DNA of 64,000 nucleotides from contig OZ024755.1 of the NCBI GenBank assembly GCA_964016885.1, positions 28,086,001 to 28,150,000 on the forward strand, given 5' to 3'. Made by a program: the position numbers and the translations under genes. This DNA comes from Eledone cirrhosa. Taxonomy: Eukaryota. Each line of letters begins with the position of its first letter. Within the stretch, counting starts at the first letter, position 1. The notes below the pieces were generated by a model that ran no database searches, was not told the DNA's origin, and saw only the letters and a program-made list of their open reading frames with translations. Shown here in pieces: positions 54,600-64,000 of the stretch.

Positions 54600-55097
54600 G
54601 AATTGTAGCTGCAATTGGTGAATTGTAGCTGCAGTTGGTGAATTGTAGTTGCAATTCGTGAATTGTAATTGCAATTCGTGAATTGTAGTTGCAATACGTG
54701 AATTGTAGTTGCAATACGTGAATTGTAGTTGCAATTCGTGAATTGTAGTTGCAATTCGTGAATTGTAATTGCAATTCGTGAATTGTAGTTGCAATTCGTG
54801 AATTGTAGTTGCAACACGTGAATTGTAGTTGCAATTGGTGAATTGTAATTGCAATTCGTGAATTGTAGTTGCAATTCGTGAATTGTAGTTGCAATTCGTG
54901 AATTGTAGTTGCAATACGTGAATTGTAGTTGCAATTGGTGAATTGTAATTGCAATTGGTGAATTGTAGTTGCAATTCGTGAATTGTAGTTGCAATACGTG
55001 AATTGTAGTTGCAATTCGTGAATTGTAGTTGCAATTCGTGAATTGTAGTTGCAATACGTGAATTGTAGTTGCAATTCGTGAATTGTAGTTGCAATTC
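54600..55097. repeat. 20-bp minisatellite, about 25 copies
   Basis: Unit GAATTGTAGTTGCAATTCGT, quasi-palindromic. Confidence 0.97.
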
Positions 55098-55230
55098 ATT
55101 CGGGTGCTCCAACTTGTTTTCCGTCAATGCTACTCAAGAGGCTTTAGATATTAAAAGACACTTGTACGAGATTCACAATAATATATATATATATATACAT
55201 ACAAATACATATATATATACATACAAATAC

Positions 55231-55263
<33 letters not shown>

Positions 55264-55779
55264 TACATATATATATATATACACATATACATACATATAT
55301 ATATATATATACAAATTGCACGATATGCATTGCGACTTCTTAGGTTTCTAGAGCTAAAGATATATATATATATATAATATCTCTGTGTGTGTATGTGTGT
55401 ATGTGTGTCTGTTTAGATTTGTGAATGTATATATGTGTCTGTGTATATTTGATTACGATTGTGTATCTATTTATATAATAGATGTTTAGTGTAGGGATAA
55501 CAAAGTCTAGGTAGCGTCAAATTTTATTCATTTCCATTTATAGAACAAGATAATAATGGCGTCGTTAAATATCTGCATGCAGGGATATTTCATTTAAAAT
55601 GAGGTATACGTTTATGGAAAATTACATACGCATGCTTTGCGCCATCACACCATGGCATATTTTCAAACACAACCTATTACATATTCACAAACACACACAC
55701 ACTATATATGTATGTATGTGTGTGTGTGTGTGTGTGTGTATTACAGCTCACACCTAGGCAGGTTTAGCTGGCCTCCTCC

Positions 55780-55988
55780 AAGGTATATCTCGTTTGAGGT
55801 GTCTTTGGGGAGTTTTAATGATAGAGGCCCCAGTCCTATCATCTCATTTCTACAGTTGACTAAACTGCAGCAACGTGAAATAAAATGTCTTGCTCAAGGA
55901 AGCGACACATCACCCGGTCCAAGAATTGAACTCACAACATTTCGATTGCAAACCCAATGCTCTAACCACTAAGCCATGTGCTTTCACT
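55780..55988 (-). mobile_element. tRNA-derived SINE, second family (CORE-like)
   Basis: Minus A-box TGGCTTAGTGG, B-box GAGTTCAATTC, then CCTTGAGCAAGACATTT. Confidence 0.75.
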
Positions 55989-56083
55989 ATGTGTATATAT
56001 GTATGTATATATGTATGTAAATATGTATATATTTACATATGTGTATATATATATATATATACATATACTCACACACACATATG

Positions 56084-56141
<58 letters not shown>

Positions 56142-56280
56142 AACTCACGTGCACACACACACACGCGTGTATATAAATAAATAAATAAATATATATATAT
56201 ATGTGTGTGCGTGTGTTTGTGTGTGTATATATATATATATATATAGATGCAAACATATATATATAAACATATATATATAC

Positions 56281-56328
<48 letters not shown>

Positions 56329-56749
56329 TTATACATATGTGTGTGTAAGTATATATATATATATATATACATATACTCACACACACACACTCACACATAC
56401 ACACACATACACACATATATATATACACACATATATATATACACACACATATATATATATAGGTTTGTGTTTCTGTGTATATACAATTTGAGAAATTGGG
56501 GATATTGAATATTTTATCTCACAATGACACCGGAGGATTTTAATGAATTGAAATTATAAAACCATGGCTATAACACTGTAAATATGGAAGGTCAAAATGA
56601 TACAAAATTAATATAATTACATAACTGAAAAAAACAAAACATTGAACAAATTATCAATATATACAGACCCTTTATTAATATGTATATGCTGATTGTTGAT
56701 GTCATTATTTGTATTATTATTATTGTCATTATTGTTATTATTATTGTTG

Positions 56750-56907
56750 TTTCCTTGGAGTCTCATTCATTGATGTTATTTAACTAGAAAGTTTGTTTAA
56801 ATGAGCATCATAGCGCTACCTGTAGCCTCAGATATTCAGGACGTATCAGAGGGTTCTTGTTGATACCTGCAATCATGCCTTTTGAAGTGTTCTATTATTA
56901 TTATCAC

Positions 56908-56938
<31 letters not shown>

Positions 56939-57201
56939 GTTCTTTGAGTCTCATTCATTTATGTTATTTAACTGGAAAGTTTGTTGAAATGAATATCAAG
57001 CCGCTACCTGCAGCCTCAGATATTCAGGACGTATCGGAGGGTTCTTGCTGTTCCCAGCAAGCATGCCTTTTGAAGTGTTCCAAAAAGCGTGGCTGGACTA
57101 ATCTTCTTTAACCATCCTTGGAAACTCTTTGAGATAGTACCTAGTGCGCCTATGACAATCGGGACGACCTTGACTTCATGGCAGTTCCAAATCCTTTTTA
57201 T
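56750..57201 (-). mobile_element. Two tandem R4/Dong LINE 3' ends in (TAA)n
   Basis: KRIWNCHEVKVVPIVIGALG...LQKACLLGTARTLRYVLNI* plus 3' UTR (56940-57201); shorter duplicate at 56750-56893; each runs into TAA repeats. Confidence 0.88.
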
Positions 57202-57214
57202 TATCATTATTATT

Positions 57215-57400
57215 GGTGGATTGGCCGTATCGGTAGAGGGTCGGACGCCATGCTTTCCAGCATAGTTACGTCCCTTTACGATCTGAATTCAAATCCCGCC
57301 GAGGTTAACTTTACCTTTCATCCTTACGGGGTCGATAAAATAAAAGTACCAGTAATGCACTGGGTAATTGCTGCCCTTGTGCCTAAAGTAGAAACAATTA
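57215..57400 (+). mobile_element. SINE, full length
   Basis: Consensus match; TSD-like TTATTATCATTATTATT. Confidence 0.95.
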
Positions 57401-57417
57401 TTATTATCATTATTATT

Positions 57418-57538
57418 ATTGTTATACTTTGGGAGGGTCATGTTACCAATAAGAAACACACGCACCAGTATAACAATATCGGTTTCAACACACGATTTCA
57501 GATAAAGAATCTTGCTAAACAAATTCAGAAACGAAATT
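57418..57538. mobile_element. Copy of the 12311 Penelope-like family (short arm plus inverted tail)
   Basis: GTTATACTTTGGGAGGGTCATG... followed by the reverse complement of 12311-12378. Confidence 0.75.
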
Positions 57539-58395
57539 ATTATTATTATTATATTTTTAATAAATATCTATATACTTATTACTACTATTATTACCGACGT
57601 AGACATGATTATAATAATAAATAAATATATTTTTTATTTTCATTTTTGTTTATCGTATCATTAATATTTATGTCGTTGTTAATAACGCTGTACTTATATT
57701 TAAAACCGGAATCAAAATCGAAGTAAAAGTTGTAAATCAATTAAAATTTCAAAACTAATAATTCTAAAGATACACGAAATATATACTATTTCTTAATAGT
57801 GCACAAAATTCTCAAATTCGACGGAGATAAATGTTGATTCAACCAAACAAAGTTTCTTGACTGAAAATATTTCTCGACCGTGGATTAACGAAACGTAAAT
57901 GTGACGAAGGTGGGATTTGAATGCAAACTATAAAGTGATATAAACATATATAACACCACAATGGCATTTTAAGATGAAGTATTTACCGAAACTCCGTCTA
58001 TGTCTTTTGTTCTGGCATTTTATCTTCTGTGTTTATTTCAGGTTCAACATCCCATCCCAGGAGTCGATGAAATAAAGTAGCATTAAAGTACTAGAGTGAT
58101 TTACTCAATTTACCTCACTCCCACATTTCTTATATATATATATATAGTATTAAGGGTACTATTTATGGTTATGTATGCAATAAAACCTTTGATGGTAATA
58201 TATTATATATACACAAACCCTAAATAGTGAGAGATAGTCTTTAATTACTATCCTATTACCAGTTGAAAAGGAGGTCAAGTATGTTATAAATAGTTGCTCC
58301 GAAGAATCCAAACCTCGGTTTGGAGGAAACAATTGTAAGCAAATAAATGACTTAAACTGAACTTTGATTACTGTAATCTCTCTCTCTCTATATAT

Positions 58396-58730
58396 ATATA
58401 AGATCAAAAGATGGTTAAATGGTTAAAAGAGCTCCATGTATTTTATTATGCGCATTTCAAAAACAAATATTATCATGCGATGACATTTGCGTTTTCATCA
58501 GATAAAATAGGGAGACATGATATGAAGGTTAAAAACACTTGTGAATAGTGCAATTTTAAATCAACATATGATGATATTTGTTTTTGAAATGCGCATAATA
58601 AAATATATGGAACTCTTTTAACCAACTTTTGATCTTATATATTATTTATACTCCAGTCCTACAAACTGTAGAGTGCTACTTATCCGATATCTGCATTGCT
58701 TTATTGTACTACAATAAAACTCACCTCCTA
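58396..58730 (-). mobile_element. Penelope-like inverted-repeat element with tail
   Basis: Arms about 58396-58476 / 58568-58640, tail to about 58730. Confidence 0.7.
58439..58509 (-). ncRNA. Minimal type-I hammerhead ribozyme motif
   Basis: Minus: TATTTTAT-CTGATGA-AAACGCAAATGTCATCGCATGATAATATTTGTTTTT-GAAA TGCGCA TA-ATAAAATA; 8-bp stem I, palindromic stem III. Confidence 0.8.
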
Positions 58731-58756
58731 CACACACATATATATATATATATATA

Positions 58757-58941
58757 AGGGAGGTTTGGCAGTATTGGTAGAGGCACGGGCACCATGCTTT
58801 CCAGCATAGAGTTACTGCCCTTGCCATTCTGAGTTCAAATCCCGCCGAGGTTAACTTTGCTTTTCATCCTTACGGGGTCGATAAAATAAAGTACCAGTAA
58901 TGCACTGGGATAATTGCTGGCCTTGTGCCAAAAGTAGAAAC

Positions 58942-58946
<5 letters not shown>
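58757..58946 (+). mobile_element. SINE, full length, in (TA)n
   Basis: Consensus match. Confidence 0.93.
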
Positions 58947-58996
<50 letters not shown>

Positions 58997-59119
58997 CAAT
59001 AAAAAGGACCATTGTTTATGTCTTCGTTACGCGCGTTTCGCTATTGATTAGCTCAAGATTCGATCTGTATCGAACTAGCTCTACTCAATAAACGTAATGA
59101 AGACATAATAAATCGACAT

Positions 59120-59193
59120 AAGGCCAGCAATTACCCAGTGTAGTACCAGTAATACACTGGGTAATTGCTGGCCTTGTGCCAAAAGTAGAAACA

Positions 59194-59196
<3 letters not shown>
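59120..59196 (+). mobile_element. SINE 3' tip with an inverted duplication
   Basis: AAGGCCAGCAATTACCCAGTGTA...TACACTGGGTAATTGCTGGCCTT hairpin followed by an (ATT)n tail. Confidence 0.85.
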
Positions 59197-59268
<72 letters not shown>

Positions 59269-59414
59269 CTCTGCATAGTTCCACACCTCTATTCTTACTG
59301 TAAACTACGCGCATCGAGTGCTCACTCTGGTGAACCTACTGTAACTGGACGTTACATTCAATATATATATACATACACACACATATATATATATTTATAC
59401 ATATATACACACAA

Positions 59415-59447
<33 letters not shown>

Positions 59448-59448
<1 letters not shown>

Positions 59449-59682
59449 TAAGTGTATTGAGTTCAAAACTCAAGCATTCCTTTACAATGAAATAGCTCAA
59501 AGAAAGAAATATTTCTGAGCCGTATAATACAAGTAAATATAAATTAATATATATGATGAAACACAAATACCAACATATCCGTGTTTATATTTTCATTCTA
59601 GCTAACTTAATTTCTTTTACAATATAAACACGGATATGTTGGTATTTGTGTTTCATCATATATATTAATTTATATTTACTTG

Positions 59683-59689
<7 letters not shown>
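59448..59689. mobile_element. Penelope-like tail plus 69-bp perfect inverted arms in (TA)n
   Basis: Arms 59523-59591 / 59621-59689; tail homologous to 63893-64000. Confidence 0.65.
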
Positions 59690-59735
<46 letters not shown>

Positions 59736-60050
59736 CACATATATACATGCTTTTTTATTTGAACTAAGAGGAAGGAGAAATACTCATATTGTGTATTTGT
59801 ATTACTATTATTTGTATTATGTTGGTTTTAATTTTTCTTGATTTCAATAATATAAATGACTAAATCTATAAAGCCAATATATTATAGAAAGATGCCACAC
59901 ATCCTATTTCCAACATATTTTACATCAATTCTAAATTGTCAACAATTAATTAATTATTTACAAGTCGTTGGTGCAACAACATATTTAATATTATTTAATA
60001 TGAATATTATAGGTAAAAATGTTTTTAATCAGATAAAGTTGTATTTCTAA

Positions 60051-60240
60051 TAATTGTTTCTACTTTTGGCACAAGGCCAGCAATTACCCAGTGTATTACT
60101 GGTACTTCATTTTATCGACCCTATAAGGATGAAAGGCAAAGTTAACCTCGGCGGGATTTGAACTCAGAATGGCAAGGGCCGTAACTCTATTCGTCATAGC
60201 ATCGCGTCCGACCCTCTACCGATACTGCCAATCCACCGCC
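60051..60240 (-). mobile_element. SINE, full length
   Basis: 16-bp TSD TTGTATTTCTAATAAT. Confidence 0.95.
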
Positions 60241-60280
60241 TTGTATTTCTAATAATGAGTGGAATGGTACAGTATATGAT

Positions 60281-60466
60281 AGTTGTTTCTACTTTTGGCA
60301 CAAGGCCAGCAATTAACCAGTGCATTACTGGTACTTTATTTTATCGACCCCGTAAGGATGAAAGGCAAAGTTAACCTCGGCGGGATTTGAACTCAGAATG
60401 GCAAGGGCCGTAACTCTATACGTCAAAGCATGGCGTCCGACCCTCTACCGACACTGCCAATCCACC
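60281..60466 (-). mobile_element. SINE, full length
   Basis: TSD ATGATAGT. Confidence 0.93.
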
Positions 60467-62828
60467 ATGATAGTGTTAGGAAAAGAGTATAAACTGTTCA
60501 ATTTTTACTAAAGAACATTATAATTATGCATTCAGTGACGAGATGGAAACATTCGTGCATAGACTAATGTTAATTTATTCCCAAATTTGGGTATCATGGA
60601 GGCCACACTTGTACTTGTTTCATAAGACCACTACATGGAAAACTAGCCATTTTCTTGTTGTTGCCACACCAAAACAACTGAACATAATAACCTAGATGTA
60701 CTATGTAGAAACACCAGTGACGTGGAATACATTAGTTACGTGGAACACACCAGTTACGTGGAACACATTAATTTCAAAAGTTAGCAAAACGAAAAATAAA
60801 AAAAATGACGAGCAACGTCTTGAATTTCAATTTTAAAGCTTCGTAGTTCTTTGAACATTATTAGATATACAGTATAATGAATTCTTGGAAACAGAAAGAG
60901 GTATAGCGTAACTTATATCTCTTTAGTTGCTCTATAGCAAATTCTCACGTTAATTAATATAGAATGTAAATAACTATCAATGAGTGCCGTATAAGTTATG
61001 TAGCTCCTGATAGAAGCCTACCTCTATTTGAGCGATTACATTGCCGCCATTTTATGTGCTAGAACGCGCAATATTGCTATATATTTCATTGTGTCCTAAG
61101 CGATCCCTTTCACTCTCAAACTATTTGTCCCTCGTACACCCTTTCTCTTCTTTTTCTCTCTCTTTATCTCTTGTTTTCTCTATCTGCTAACCTCACGTAA
61201 ACGTTCAATTATTTCATTATTAAACCACGTGAACTACAACGTAAAACCTATCGTATACCTATCGTATACCTATTTAGCATGAATCACTTCTTGCGAGAAA
61301 TTTCGTTTTAGAGATATTAAGTAAGCAAATTACTTCATCTAAAGCTAAAACAGAGGCATTTCATTCTACGGTGTAAAATGACTTTATGCTAGAACGTCTT
61401 ACTATTTTCAGAAGCAATGAAATAGAATTTAAAAATAAAAATTAATACAAATCTATAATGTCTACATATTGATTGTCTGCACAAATTGACTTAAATTGGT
61501 TTATTTTTAGTACACATTTTTTTCTTAATCAGAGAACAAGGAGTTGCGTGTTTGTTTCTCCCGTCGTTTAAAAAAAATCAATGCAACCTAAAAAAGTCTT
61601 ATTTTCTCTCTTTCATTTGAAGTTTACCGGTTGTTTTCTAGAGGCACGTTTCGACATATATTTGAGTTAATAAAATACTTCATTTCCTTCAACTACAAAT
61701 CACGGAATTGCATTAGTAGAGTGACGAGGAATATTTCTAACAGAAAAAGGAAAAATCAACTAAATAGAATATTATTCCAAAATACGATTTTCCTAATTGA
61801 AATATTTAATCTGGAATATATGGACCGCAAATCTATTGCCGCTAAGAATATCAGTACATTATCAGGTCAGATATCTAAATGCAACACTGAAAGGCACTCA
61901 TGAGATTGAGTCGAAAGCTAGATATAGGAACATAATAAAACGTTAATATATTGGAATATTGAAAATATTGTGATCATATCAAACGAAAATTATATTGAAT
62001 GCAGAGAATGTTTATAATAATACATGTAGAGGAATAATGATCCTACAATAAGAAAGAACAAATGCGAACGTAAAAGTTTTCATCACATTTTTGACAGAGA
62101 TATGTAACGGGGGTATTAATTAATATAACATTCTTTGTGTCAGAATTCAAGATATGCTCTGAATGGAAAAAAAACAACAAAACGTTTACACTTATTTACA
62201 AAACAAATTAGAATATGAACCTCCAACAACAGCGTATATCTAAACATTTGGAAATACTATCACCGCAGTTCATACAATGGTACCGATTTATGGGAAGATT
62301 TTGCAAAGGTTTTTGTATAAAAATAACGACACGTACTCTCATTAATAAAGATAAATCTCAAGAATATGATATTTCATAATATGTAAATATATTTGGATTA
62401 CTACGGAGGGGTTCGATAAGATGATGAATATATGATATATAATCACTGCGATCATTATCATACGTTTCCAGACATAGAACGATGTCTCGTAAGTGTGATA
62501 AAAGATGTACCTTTCAGAAATATAATGAAACCCGCAACTAATATATTTAAGATTAATCAAGTACACGGGACGAATCATATTACTACGCATGCTTCATATA
62601 TACATTCCTAGAAACACTCACACGTGTACATGCATACACACAAACAAACACACATACACATGAATGCTAGATTGCATAACTTCTTTAATTACTGAATAGT
62701 CATAATACTCATTTCTGTGGTGAAATAGCTATATCATGGTACCATGACGCAACCAATGACCAGCAATCTTAGGGATTTTACATATATATATATGTGTGTA
62801 TATAAACACATACGTATATGTGTAGGTG

Positions 62829-62867
<39 letters not shown>

Positions 62868-63308
62868 GTATATTTACCTCATTTTCCATTACAATACATC
62901 TCAATGAATTTCAACCAAAATAATCAAAGTAATTTAACTATTGTAAATGTAGCTAAATTATTAATATCATCCATAAGTTTCAAATTAGTAATTAATTATT
63001 TGTCTTCATAATAATATAGGCTTGTATTAACATAGCTGGAACATTTGCGAGTTCGGCAAGTGAGAATCTAAAATAATATATTTTAAACTAAACGTTCCTT
63101 CAGTTAATTAATATTTCCCGTTAACTAAACGCTTTTGTGCATCCATAGATTATTACATATATATATATACAGAGATAAACCCACATTGTATCACGACCTT
63201 ATTGTAAACCCTTATGGTTAATAATACAATCATCATCATCAACAATATCATCTACATTATCTTTATCAGCATCATCATTTTCTTCATCGTTATTATCATT
63301 ATCATTAA

Positions 63309-63362
<54 letters not shown>

Positions 63363-63428
63363 ATATTAAATCATTCTTTTTATACTTATATAGATACGTA
63401 AATATATATGATCAAATTGGTCGGAAAA

Positions 63429-63478
<50 letters not shown>

Positions 63479-63485
63479 CACATAC

Positions 63486-63555
<70 letters not shown>

Positions 63556-63598
63556 ATATATATATGCATATACACATATACACACATATATATACACA

Positions 63599-63632
<34 letters not shown>

Positions 63633-63635
63633 CAC

Positions 63636-63674
<39 letters not shown>

Positions 63675-63791
63675 CATATATATATACACACATACATATA
63701 TATATATATATACACATACATATATATAAATATATATATATATATACACATATATATATATATATACACATACATATATATATATATACGT

Positions 63792-63843
<52 letters not shown>

Positions 63844-63845
63844 GT

Positions 63846-63888
<43 letters not shown>

Positions 63889-63892
63889 TCAT

Positions 63893-64000
63893 ATATTGAG
63901 TTAGAAACTCAAAATAGTCTTTTACAATTAAATAGCTCAAGGAAAGGAATCTTTCCGAGCCGTGTAATACAATAGAATATATGAGAGGGATGAACACCGA
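63893..64000. mobile_element. Second copy of the 59448 family tail (cut by window end)
   Basis: TATTGAGTTAGAAACTCAA...AAATAGCTCAAGGAAAG...GAGCCGTGTAATACAA. Confidence 0.65.

Noticed and set aside
54551-55127. 169-189 aa repetitive ORFs
   Set aside because: Products of a 20-bp minisatellite; the same peptide cycles through all frames.
62440-62505. HHR-like CTTACGA-GACAT..ATGTC-TGGAAACGTA on the minus strand
   Set aside because: Core mutated and spacing off; not counted as a ribozyme.

Overview
AT-rich, repeat-dense eukaryotic DNA that looks intronic or intergenic. It is probably from an octopod cephalopod, inferred from the Octopus-type tRNA/Nin-domain SINE and the very large (TA)n load. I found no convincing intact protein-coding gene. 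Most ORFs in the track are microsatellite read-throughs, and the rest are decayed retroelement fragments. Contents: about 25 copies of one SINE family (many with 15-19 bp target-site duplications, TSDs); fragments of R4/Dong, CRE, RTE, Ingi/Vingi and L1/Tx1-like LINEs; Tc1/mariner-pogo MITEs; two non-autonomous Helitrons; and 67-, 20- and about 260-bp tandem arrays. The most striking signal is a set of short, sequence-diverse inverted-repeat elements sitting in (TA)n tracts. At least seven sites carry a complete minimal type-I hammerhead ribozyme (HHR) core, most with a palindromic, dimer-type stem III, and two have a stem II of about 100 nt. The shared layout is tail + inverted arm + HHR-bearing arm, which fits Penelope-like terminal repeats. 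Also notable: an inverted pair of exon-like paralogous segments near X-box-like motifs, and two Dong LINE pieces 42 kb apart that join end to end.
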